The position numbers and the translations under genes are program-made. 64,000 nucleotides of DNA from Blasia pusilla (taxonomy: Eukaryota), in contig CM114271.1 in assembly GCA_050084515.1 (NCBI GenBank), positions 49,724,001 through 49,788,000 of the forward strand. The letters run 5' to 3'. Shown here piece by piece: positions 48,154-60,215 of this stretch. The notes beneath the pieces are model-generated. The model ran no database searches and was not told the DNA's origin. It saw only the letters and a program-made list of their open reading frames with translations. How positions within the stretch are numbered: the first letter of the stretch is position 1; the number at the start of each line of letters is the position of its first letter.

Positions 48154-50349
48154 ACAATTCCGGACCCTGTGTCTTGTTGTATTATATATGGTTTAAGCTT
48201 GAAAATGAAGGTTACCCAAATTGTGTCCGGCTACCCCATACGTGTGAGTTACTCTTTGCAGCTTTGCCCCTATCTGCAGGGGAACAATGATTGACTGTTG
48301 CAAGCAAGCAAGCGGTTGCAGTAGTGGTGGTGGAAAAGGACTTCCATGAGGCTGCTCCTTTGGTGTACTACATTGGCAAATCCTAGATTAAATTTTATGG
48401 ACATTGACCATGTCCGTTTGTATGATTATTTATTGATGAGGAAATAAAATGCCAGGAAGTGGTGGCAGATCACTGACCATTGGCACTTTCCCATATTGGA
48501 TCTTTGAAGGTGTACCGCTAGTCTATCATGAAATTGGTCTGCCCCTTCCTCTTTAGGCATAGGTTAATCTCACAAGTCTTGTTCATTCAATTCGTGGAGG
48601 TGAGGAGAATGTGAAAGAGAGACTTGGAATGTGAGGAGAAAGTGAGGATAAAGTGAGTCATAGACTTGGGATATACATTTGGGATATATCTTCCTTCTTG
48701 GCATTTTCAGTTGCATGAATAAATTTCTCATGGAGTATTGGTTCATGAGGTGCTGAGGCTTGTTATGATTGTTTTGGCAAGCTCATTCGATTTGTACCAA
48801 GTGGGGTTCTTAATTTTTTCTTCATTCTTCATTGACGATTATTTTTGTGTAAGGCCTCCTAACTCTCCGAACACTTTATCTTACTATTTTGCTGTTCTTT
48901 ACATTTGCTTCCGCATCAAGGGCATTATAGAATTGGATAGCCTCTTTTTTTTATACCAGGTAGGCCACATCTTGTTTGCAATTGTTTCTTATGTGATTTT
49001 AGGTGACTTTCAATCATAAATTCGACCTTGTCTAATCTTATGTTCTCCATCTAAATGTGTTGTGAATGGATTTTATTATTATTTTTTATGGTCGTTATCT
49101 TAATTTTTTTCACTACAATACGGCTGTTAGGGTCCTTATGTCTTGAATGAGAGATCTCTACTTTTGGTTCTATGGATATAGAGTTGGACAATCTTCACTT
49201 CTCACCTCCTCTCCTTCTAACCTTTCTCCTATATTTGTGATGACGGTTTGTATAATACATTGTGGTAAGGAGTCTGTTCTTACTAGGATCAAAAGGTACT
49301 AGTGATAGTGTCGATGGATGTGTGGGCCTTCAATCTCTAGTCCGATACCACTTCTTATTGTGCTTTCCTCAACAATTGTTTGGACTTGGTTATATTAAAT
49401 TCATCTACTTTGCTCTTTCCAACCAGATCTCCCTTGTCTTAGATTCTATATTCGTATTCTTATTGCTTTTTGTTCAATCATCCTACAAGCATTGTTTTTC
49501 AATTAGAAAGGTGAGGGAGTGATCCCACATGTCAATGCTTGGTATATTCTCTAACTCTTCCCCCAATGGTTAGTTCTCCCTTCATGGGGTGCTATAATGG
49601 GTCATACCAAAACCCCCTAACGAATTCGGCGCTTTCTGTGTTCGGATTACGTGAATCTTCACAATGAGCATTTGCTTCGAGCAAAGGTCTTAGCAGCAGA
49701 TCATCTTACTGAACATGCCAATTATAGGAGCCTTGAATACAGAAAGGTTTTCGATGTAGCCTAGTTTTGGGGCAAGTTGATAAGTTTTCATATGTGGCTT
49801 GAACATTTGACATTTCTCTCTAACGGTTCCAAATGTGGACATATTAGATTTCTTAGAAGTTCTTCACTCTCCTTCTAATGGTGATTGTCATCTTTTAAGA
49901 AAGATCTTACAACGGATCTTGAATTGGAGGTTTTCACAAGGGAATTTTTTTCTTACCCCTTGCTTATCAACAAACAAACTACGTGACATGGTTTTCTTAA
50001 ATCTCCGCGGTTCAAAAGAGAAATTAAATGATAAACATCAAGGACTTTTTGATGATCCATTCCAGTACAACAAATGAGATTACTAAGCAAGCCTCCCAAC
50101 GAAGCCATAATGAACCCTATCCAAATACAGAAAATAAAAGGGAGCTTAATTACTATCGTATTCCAGCCTGTTTCAACACAGGAGGGAAAACACAGTCCCG
50201 TAGGGCAGTGCCTGCTTGCTTTCTCCAATAGATTTTGCAAGTGGCTTTATCTCTATATATAGGATGTATGCACATATTGCGAAAGGTTGTCTTTTGTATT
50301 CTATTTCTAGGCTTTTGGGGTTTTATCATTGATAAGCTATGGCTAAGCC

Positions 50350-51250
50350 TCCTTTGTATTCGCGCTTTGGGTATTGGAGAGGTTTTATACCGCTTGTTTA
50401 GTCGATCACACTGATTGTAGCTTCGTCTCCTTTCAACATCCACTTATTTCCTCATTAATGTGGAATGGCGAACCTTGGTGATTGTGAGATTGCGGTTTAT
50501 GGGATAGATTCCAATCTTGAAATTTATCTAGAGTGGGAAGTAATTCAGATGAATATGGCTAACACATCTACTCTAGTTTCTCGTACAACCATATTGAAGA
50601 AATTACATTATGGATGAGGATAACTTGCAAGTCTTATTCTATTTGTGTGCTACTTCTATGCTTATGATATATCTATTATCTATTCTTATTATGCTACTTT
50701 TGGAGAATATAGTATTCTCCAATCAGCTTGTGACATACGTCGAGATGATCTCATGGGCTGCTCACTCTTTGCCATTGCACATTTTCGTGCCCTTCAAGCA
50801 TCAATCCAAGGATTTTCATCTTGTCTCTTCTCTTCTATCATTGATGATATCGATATTATAGGTCCTCCTTCTAAAATAGTTCTTACTTAGACCCATTTGT
50901 TGGAGCAACTCTTTATCTTAAAGTTTAAAGTCCAACCTGGTAGATGTCAGGTATAGTCTCATATATGCATTCCTTCAATATTCATCCCATCTACTAGCTC
51001 TTGAGTTTACTATATGCATCGGAGGGATTTCAATTCTTTAGATCTTCATTGACTATGTCTCCAAGTTTTTGGATGAGGCTCTTCTGAAAGATGTAAAATA
51101 CATTTGAGGATGACGATGATGTCTTGGCTTTATGACAAGCTATCTTGTATGGTTCTTCTGGAGGTGTTGGCCTTTCCTCCATAATTGCATCTATACCAAC
51201 AACTATTTTAAGGAGTTGGGATTTAGTTGCCTCGATAGTTGCCTCAATTT
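50350..51250 (+). pseudogene. Decayed non-LTR retrotransposon RT (CRE-like)
   Basis: LGIGEVLYRLFSR, CGMANLGDCEIAVYGI, QMNMANTSTLVSR, IRRDDLMGCSLFAIAH and FSSIIDDIDIIGPP match degenerate RT motifs (RPIAVGEVLRRL; GGCE; DxxNAFNSVSR; GTRQGDPLG..LFAL; xADD). Confidence 0.65.
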
Positions 51251-53291
51251 CTCTAAGGAGATATACCTATCTTAATGGATCATGTGGCCCACCGCATAAC
51301 TTGACTCCTTGATTTTTTTGGTTGTTTCAACTGCAGAACCTTTAGTGTGTGCAACGGTGCAACCTGACGCCCCAAGTTATTGACCTTTATAAAATACATG
51401 TGATCATTTTAATTAATGGCCCCAAGAAGAAAGACGATCTTTAATTGCTCTTAGTGTTATGAAGAACCCTATATGCCTATTTTTATTGTTATTTGAGCGA
51501 GTTCTTATGAAAAAGACATGCCATAAATAAAAATAGATAGGAAAAAAAATCTAAAACAAATTATGTTAGAACTTGATATTATTTTTTCACCCAATGTTTG
51601 ACTATTTCTCCTCATTCAATTTTCCAAAATTAGGTTTGTTCGGGGAATTATTCTTTCCTGCTCTCTTTCCACCACTCAAAAGTTTCCCTTCGACTTTTGT
51701 ATTGTTGAATTTCTTCTAATTTTAAATATTTGCGATATATGTACCACATGAACGATTCTAGTAAACTAAGAAGTTGCGAACTTTATGTACCTTCTAATAA
51801 ACGTATATTCGAAAGGCATTTTTGTGTTTTGGAAAGCTTCACGTCCCTATGTGAACTAATGGAATTGGATAAGTATCTTTTAAAAATCAAGGCCAATTGG
51901 ATAGGTATCCTTTTTGAATGAATAATTGTTCATCTTATGAAAATTATGCATATCCCATTTTATTTTAAATTTTGTTAGAGAATCTATATAAGGTAAATTT
52001 ATTTTTTCATGAGCTTTTGTATCTTCTATGGAAACTAATGCTTATCCACATGTTGTATCTTTGTATCTCGAACTTTTACTATCGATCAACAAAAGTAAGG
52101 TCCCCTTGTTATGCTATATATGATACATTTAAATTAATACATTTAATTCTTGAGCATTTTTTGTGAGATTTTTCCATACTCGTAAAATATTAAAATATTT
52201 GAGTTTGTATCCCCTTTGAAAAAAATGAGTTTTTTCTTAAAATTTTGTATGTGATTCAATTTCCACTATTCATCGATATTTCGATAATACATATGTCATC
52301 CAAAATGATTTCTTTAAGCAAAACCGTTCTCTCACGGGTTGAACTCGCCATTTCCATTCACGAAATGCGTTGTTACAATTTTTTATTGTAATCAATTGGT
52401 CTCCATAACTCTACAAGTGTCGGACTTAATGAGCATTTGAGGCAGGCTCTGGCCATCGAAGATACCATCGGTAGAGGCTCTTAATGGTAGTCATGTTTCT
52501 CTAAGCTCGACCCATCTTGTCCACGATGTTAGCAAATTGGACCCCTTTTTTCTTTCACCCAAGCCATGAGACCTTGGCATCTGTTTTTTTTTTCAATGAC
52601 TTTGGTTTCCCTAGAGAAGAAATAAAAACTCAAAGTGCTTTTTCATTCTCACACGTTATTTGGTTCCAAGATATTACACGTGGCGTTACGTATTAAGAGA
52701 ATCAGTTAAATCATTTCTATAAACAGCATGTAATAAATATTTCAGGTCGTATGTCCGCCGAAAAAGAAAAAGAAAAAACCATTTTGTTTCAATGCTCCAA
52801 TACGTGTCTGCACACCGTTGGCCGGAAATCGGACATGAAGTAACCGCTGCTGATGACTTGGGCACGTGATAGGATCATTCTCCACTATAGAAACGGACGT
52901 CCTTATCTTCACCAGTAAAAGAGACGGAATCAAGCACCGGTAACGGAGATGGATAGAGTACAGGATGTGTGGATCTCCAGAGTTTGGGTTGAAAATAACC
53001 CGAACTTGCATGGCTTGGGATGTGGTGATTTTGGCATCTAAAGCGCTGAAATACCAGGTAAAATAAACCTAACTTGTACTTCTAGGCGCTCTAAGGGCCG
53101 CGTCCCATACAACCACTATAGCATGCCAAAGTCCCTGCATGGTGTCCGAGTTGCGACTTTGTCCGACCCTACGGACGGACAGGTAGAGAAAAAGTGCATG
53201 TAATAGTAATTTTGGCAGGTTGATCAATTTTGGTCACACCGTTTAGGTATGCACTAATTCCACAACCTATTTGCAGCAAGAAAATTTGTGT

Positions 53292-53640
53292 GAAGTAATA
53301 GGGGGTGTCAAAGATTGTGTAAGAGGGGGGTCTTGACCTCTGGCACTCTGGAACTGTTCCTGCGGGATTTTCACTAGCTAAGGAATTGGATAGTTCTTCA
53401 ACTTCCCGTTTTGGTATTTCCCCGGAGACCCCAAATTCCCCGATCCTCCTTTGTCGTGCTCATTTCTGTTCTTACATTCGAGGAGTATTTAGAAGTATTC
53501 GTCGGACCACTCAATTTATTTGATTGTGAAATTGCCACCCCCTCTTCTTCCGGAAGCAAATCATGTCGAGTCCCAAGTCTCACACCTTCTCTCGAGTGGT
53601 TCTATTTGGGGTGATCTTTGACACCCCCCCAAATACTTCC
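53292..53640. mobile_element. Possible MITE with ~24-bp imperfect terminal inverted repeats
   Basis: GAAGTAATAGGGGGTGTCAAAGAT (~53292) versus ATCTTTGACACCCCCCCAAATACTTC (~53613-53639); no coding capacity between them. Confidence 0.4.
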
Positions 53641-54714
53641 AGACGGATTATCAATTTCAGTCACTATGTAAGAACCGATCGGGTGACCTTTATGTGAGAA
53701 GTAAAAGTGCATGGAATGCATATTTGGCACCTTTATCAATGGTGGTTGCACCATAAGTTGTGCTAATCCTATTAAAATTGCGTATACAAATTTAACATGA
53801 TTTTTAAAATATCCATACAAAATTGGGTGACTAGGTTCACAAATGTTGTTTGAAGTAGACTCGTGTCATCCATAAAATTTCATCTCCTATTTGGGGGGTT
53901 AGGGAATGTAATTATTTTAATGAATTTCATGCTTTTTATCTAAATTTAATCTTGTATTTTTTGCTAAAATTTATATTACTTATATCTCCATGAAAATTTA
54001 GGTGTTTTAAGAAATTTATATCATTAAAGATCGTTGAGCGTAATATTTTTCTTTGCATCCCATAGGCTATTAAACTAGTTCCGTAAGTAACATGTCACAT
54101 GCCCCAAATAAGTGCTTTAGCCTTGGAGAGTGAAAATTTTCTAAGACAATCTCATTTTTGCATTGCAGAACTTTTGGACTTTTAGATTCCCCCATAATGG
54201 GGCGTTCTTGGAGGTCACCAAAACCACCAATCGCTCATGAATGGGTCCTTAGGGCAGGTCCCCATGGGGCAAGTTTTGGGTCGTCGGGACCCCGATCACC
54301 AAGATCAACAGCTGAAGTTTAATGGACCAAAATTTGGTCTTTGGTCCGTGCAAGCCGCAAAATTTACAGCATGGAAACTTCAAGGACAATGCTTGGGTCG
54401 CATCACGCTATAACTCATTTCTGATTTACCGGAAAGCAAAAAATCTTGCCTGATCATGGGTGAAATGGCATGTAAATATCATCAGACTTGCCAGAATATA
54501 TACAAGGCCAAGGGGCACAAGACTTCTACGACCCATCGTCACGGTTTCTATGGGGGTAGCCCCTTACAGGCCTTTTCAAGGATTTGGTCATTAATTAGTG
54601 GAAAGTTGTTGCAAGACTAGGAAACCATGTAAAATAGCCGCCAATTTTGAATGTACTCTAAGCTTAGCGGACTTTTATGGCTCTTTTCATTACACAATCG
54701 AAAAAAGTAATTCT

Positions 54715-55720
54715 ATGACCAGAAAGAAGCGGTTAAAATACCCTAAACTTGCATGTCCTCTTACTCGCCATTTAGAGGCATGGTCATTAGACATTGGGAA
54801 GTCGTGGCAATACTAGAAAACGACTTAAAGTAACCCTATCTTGCATGTCTTCTTAGTCACCTCTTACGGGCCACGTCCTTGTATAATAGAAAGTAATAAC
54901 TAGACCAGAAAACCAGTTATAATAACCCAATTTTGCATGCCATAATAGTGCCCTTCAAGGATTCGGAAAACATGGCAAGACAAAGAGGACGGGTTGGATC
55001 CAAGTTAGATGTCCTCTAAGTGGCATTCTAAATATCTTGTCATTAAACGCTCGAAAGTCATAGGAAGCCCATAAAAAGTGTTTTAAATAATAACCTCAAC
55101 TAGTCCGTCCTCATGGTTTCCTTGGTGGGTTTTTGTTCATTGTATAATGGATAGTCACGGCAAGGCCTAGAAAACAGCTTAAAATAACCTAAACTTGCTT
55201 GTCCTCTTAGTTGTCAATTAAGGATTCGATCACTATGGTCGTAGGGAGACCATAAATCCGTTGGAAATAACTTAAGCTTCCATGTCCTTTTCCGTGGCCT
55301 TTCAAGGATATCCTCCGAGTTGCATTTTTTTTATGATCATGCCATATATTCCACAATCGAAAGTCATAACGAGACCATTAAACCGGTTAAAATGACTCAA
55401 ACGTGTACGTCATCTCCCGTGGCCTCTCAAGGATCTCGTTCTTGTGTAATTGAAGAAAACCAGTTGGAAATAACCCAAACTTGCATGCCCTTCCAAAAGC
55501 GTAAGTATGGTCATTACATAATAATCGAGAGTCGCGAGAGCAAGACCAAAAAATCGGTGGGAAGTAACCTAAACTTGCATGTAGTTTTAAAAACCCCTTT
55601 CAAAGTTCCAGCCGTTGGAGAGATAATCCAAATAAAAGTAAGACCACAAAACCAGTTAAAAAAAACCATAGTTGCATGTCCTTTCAGTGGCCTATAATGA
55701 CCTAGTCGTTAAACAATCCA
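54715..55720 (+). repeat. Degenerate tandem array, ~80-95 bp period, core AAAATAACCTAAACTTGCATGTCC
   Basis: Core motif recurs about 11-12 times (e.g. 54736, 54826, 54918, 55181, 55265, 55468, 55563); related copies at ~52990-53080. Confidence 0.7.
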
Positions 55721-57866
55721 AAGTGGCACGTAAGAAAGCCATTTTTAAGAAAGTTTGTCAACTTCTTCTTATTTTATGATTTCATTGGGATGCCAAAATG
55801 CAAGGATCGCTTTGCATAGGTGGCGTTATGGGAATGTCAGTATTTTCGTATACGAAGATTATGGATCGAATCCATCCCAAGCAAGATTTGGATGGCGTTG
55901 CATGTTTTTGTTGTTAAAAGGGGTGGGGCTCCTTAAAGAGGACTAGGGGTTTGAGCTATGGTGAGGAACTCGAGAGTACTTTCTTTTTGGGCAGATTTGC
56001 GCGTCTCCAAGAGAGTTTCAAAAAAGGGGCCGTGAGGTTTGGGCCGGGAATGGAAAAGGGTGAGGATGGGGAAAAAGTGCACAAAGGCATAACTATTTTA
56101 TGATGTTTTAGGAAGTAAAGAAAATGATACTTCAACGGAAGAGATTTGTAAGGAGACTAAATCTACTAATCAGTTTAATGGATTTGATCTCTTTACAAAT
56201 ATAGAGTGTCATAAGCTCATGTCATATATCCACTTTAGTATAAAATAAAATAAGACTTATCCATTGAGTGAGTAGGTGGATAACATACCCATTCGGAAAG
56301 CCTTTAGGACTCCCTATAATTGTCCAAAAGTTGGAAGCATAAAGCCCAGGCTTCCATGGAGAAAGTGTCTTAGTTACCACCTAATGAAAATAGTCATAAG
56401 AAACCTTGCTTGAGCTACAATTAACATGCCAATCTCTCTTGGGAGTTGGGTTATGAACCTTTGTGTCGTGTAAGGAAGTTAGAGTAAGTATTTGGGTATA
56501 ACATCTATATATTATTAAAAACTTGGTATATGTGAGGGTTAAAAGTCTTGGTGTTCCATTTTAAGGATGGTTGGACAAAGGGGAATCCACAAAATGGAGA
56601 ATCTAAAAAAGGAATGAATAGTCGATTTCAAATAGGCGCATGGCCAACTAATATTTTACATGACAAAGTAGTGGCATATGGTTGAGCCCTTGGTTTACTT
56701 GTATAGATTTTCATATATTACACCATATAGTTGTGTTGGAGATTGGTTAGAATTTCTTGAACGTTCTTCCATATGGACCTACCTCCGTATACATTGAAAC
56801 ACTCCTTTGGTACATTTCTTGGTACCTTCCCTTATGTAGTTTGCTTGGGTTTGATGAATGTTAAGTGTTGAATTAATCAATGAAAATGATCCATATCAAC
56901 CAACAATGGATTTTGTATGGATAATTGAAGTTTACCCATGTAGTGATCTTGGTAGATGTTAAGACTTTATCCTTTTTCCTAATTGTTGATATTCTTTTGA
57001 TTAAAATTTTTTCAAGAGTGAACTTTTCTTTTCTCTTTTCTGAAGCGTGTTTATGAAAAAGAGTATCTCTTGAGAAGCCACATATTGCCCACAACTTATT
57101 AGGAAAAATCAAGAATTTTAAGGGTAAAATTACCCTCTTCCAACCTGGTCTTTGCCTGTAGAGTAGGTTGGGATGGCCAATGTCATTGCCGACACCTTAA
57201 AATCTTGAGGCTGGATGAACATTTTTTAAGATGAAAAGTGGCATAAAATATAAAAAAATTAGTTGATCTTATATTTTCTCATGTTAATCTTGTTTAGGGT
57301 TCGTTTCCTCATTGTACTTGGAACAATGTACCTCACTCTTGAACTTCTTACTTCACTATTTGAATTTCAGAAGCCCAAATATTAGGAAACATGAGACGTG
57401 TTAAAGTAAAATAGACTTTCTTAAACGGTGTGTGTGCATGAGCAACTCAAAGCAATCCCCTTGAAGAAATGACTGGTTGTTAAGTTTTTTTTGTTGTAAA
57501 GGCTCTTATGTAGGAATCAACTAAGATTAGAACTATAAAAATTTTACATATTTTAAAAAATATGACTATCCCATTTCTATAACAACCATGGTGGAAAATG
57601 TAATGAGACAAACAACCACCTAAGATGGTGCTCCACTTGCCATACAGGGGCTTGCCTTAAGGCCATTGGATAGCCCTTCTAGTATCCCTAATTTTTAAGG
57701 CAATGGTATCCTTCCCAAATTCAATAGGGTGCAAGAGGATAATCGCTCACGATGTTGTGCAAGATATTACATTTTGTATTAATCACAAGAACGACTCCCA
57801 CGTGGAGGGAGAGCGTCACTACTCCATGAAAGATTTTGTCATTCACGTAGATCTATACATGGCACA

Positions 57867-58522
57867 TGTCAAGCGCATACACATCGCTACACAACATACA
57901 TCGCTGTCACCGAACACACACACACACATACACAAACACGCACGATCCCATGTTAACTCATGACATCCAAACAACGAGACAAGAAGTATCAAAATATCTC
58001 CAATCAAAATAAGATCCAATCTCTCTCACAACACCATAGTTCTCACATATGTGCACTCTCACATGTCTCTCTCAATATCAAACCAAATCCACTCTCCTAA
58101 TGAGAGGCTTGGGTTACACACACAAGGCAAGCAAGACCATAGCTTCGCCGCTTCATGCCAAGAGGTTCAACAAAGAGAGAATGAGCTCTCAAGCTCTCTC
58201 TCCTTGAGGTATACCCCTCTCCTCTCCCAAGCTCTCTCCATGATAACCTATGCTCCCAAGTCACCTCCTTGGCTCTTGACTTGATGTAGGAGGTCAAGGG
58301 CTACTTTCCAAAAATAGAAAGGTGATCACATATTCACAACGACACTTACCTAAAATAGTAAATTCCTCAATATGGCTCCAAATGAGCCGAAACAAAGGGG
58401 AAACCTGTTCTCTCAAGTTTTCCGGGGCCTTAGCAGGTCATCCTCGACCTACTGAGCATCTCCTCCACTACTCACGAAGGCGCTCTACTAGATCTCACCG
58501 ATCTATCCTAAAAGACGTAACA
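57867..58522 (-). mobile_element. Solo LTR (656 bp) of DNMT/PHD Gypsy subfamily 1 with a 4-bp target-site duplication
   Basis: TG...CA ends flanked by CACA (57863-57866) and CACA (58523-58526). Colinear with 5342-5958 and with the reverse complement of 36626-37156. Confidence 0.9.
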
Positions 58523-60215
58523 CACAAGAGGCTAATGTGGTAGGGCCGATGTAGTTATAGATCCCACACACGAGCTGGTGGGGGCATATGTGAAAGCACA
58601 AGGGACATTGCTTCAAGGAGCGGCAGTAGTAGTAGTGGATGGGGGAGTAAGACTCATCTTTGCAATCATTTTCTCTAAGGATATCGCTTTGTCCTATTAA
58701 CTATTGAAATGTATGGGGCATGAGAGAAAGGTTTGATGCTTTTGCTACTAAGTGAGCCCATCTCCTCCACTCAAGGAATGGTTTGTCTTTAATTAGTGAG
58801 CTCCTATATAGTAGACAACTAATCTCCATTCTTTTGTAGCATGGCCTGACCCTAAACATGCTTATGAGGGGTGCCTAACTAGTCAATTTTTGATAGCTAT
58901 ACATGGATGAGAATGTTCCCGTTATCATGAAGGTAGATTTCATGGGGCTTCCACCTCTTCTCCTCTTGCTTAAGAGCTTTTGTGGCTGAAGTTAAATAGA
59001 TGCAAGGGCAGTAAAGAAGATACCGGTGCATAGCACGGGTGTTCTTATAACGTACTTCCGCTATGCGTTTGTGACTACTAGCGTGGACGGACTTCCAATC
59101 CCGGCGGACAAACGGAAAGAAGGGAGGCCCGACGCAACGTGGACCTGGAAATGCGTGCGTCCCGCGGTCCTTCCGAGAGCACGCTCGCGAGAGCCACCTC
59201 GGCAGACGGTACCCCACCCGGGAAAGGAGTGCGGTGCGGGCCGGCCACTTTGGGGGCAGAGGGTCCTGGCGCGGAGAGAGAAATAACGGGCGCCGTGCGC
59301 ATCTGAGGCAGGCGGCACGGGTGAGAAAGAGAGCAAGCCCGGCTAGTGACGGGGTGCAGGCGGTCACCGCGTGGGTCCGGGCAGGTGCGTCCCGTCTCCT
59401 CCTCCTCTCTTCGCTTCGGTGTGGGAGGGGACTTGGGGTTAATCTTTCTGCCGATGGAGAGAGAAAAGGGAAGGGAAGAAGCAAACCAAGGAACAGCGAA
59501 CGAATCGAGGGGTGGGAGACGGGAGAGAGGAATGAATGAATGAATGAGCGATGGCTGGAGGTGTTGAGGTGGTGGAACAGCAGCAAATCTCGAGGTGGAA
59601 GGAAGTGGTATTCGAAGGAGTAAGCGGAGAGCAGCAGCAGAGAGGGAGAGGAAGAGGAGGAAGAAGAAATCGCGGTGGCCAGGAGGAGGAGGAAGAGGAG
59701 GAGGAGGAGGGGAGAGACGGGGTTGTGTGAAGGTTGATTTGGAGGTCAGTGCAGGGGATTGGATCGAGAAGTCGCGAGGATTCGTCGCACCAGGGAGAGC
59801 GGAGTGCGCGGAAGGAGCGGAGTGTGCTGGATTGAGGTCACTCCAGGATCTGTCGAGATTATTGAAGGGACTAGGAGGAACATTTCAAGGCGTGTCATCG
59901 TCGGGTAGAATTCGGTCGGAAGAAGAAAGGACTGGTGATTTTGAGAGGCTTAGGTCAGAGAGAGAGAGAGAGAGAGAGAATTTGGCGGATTGGCGAGGAG
60001 CGAAATGCCTGGGAACGGCACAGTGGGTCCATTGAGGGGAAATTGAGTGATATAGGCGAGGGGACGGAAGGAGTTTCAGGGTTGGAAAGTGGATTAGACA
60101 CGGAGGAGGTAGTAGGTTTGGGTGGGGGTTTTGGGGTCCCATCCCCTAGGGGTGGTGGTGGTGGAGGGAAGGAAGGAGGAATACCACGCGAAGTGAGCGA
60201 GCGAGGCCAGCCAAT

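Noticed and set aside
48700-49560. Possible LINE endonuclease or other retroelement remnant on the minus strand
   Set aside because: No convincing motif series could be read.
54715-55720. CRISPR-like repeat-spacer array
   Set aside because: Repeats are too degenerate, spacers are mutually related, there are no cas genes, and the context is eukaryotic.
56200-57350. Possible DNA transposase remnant
   Set aside because: AT-rich and too degenerate to assign without a profile search.
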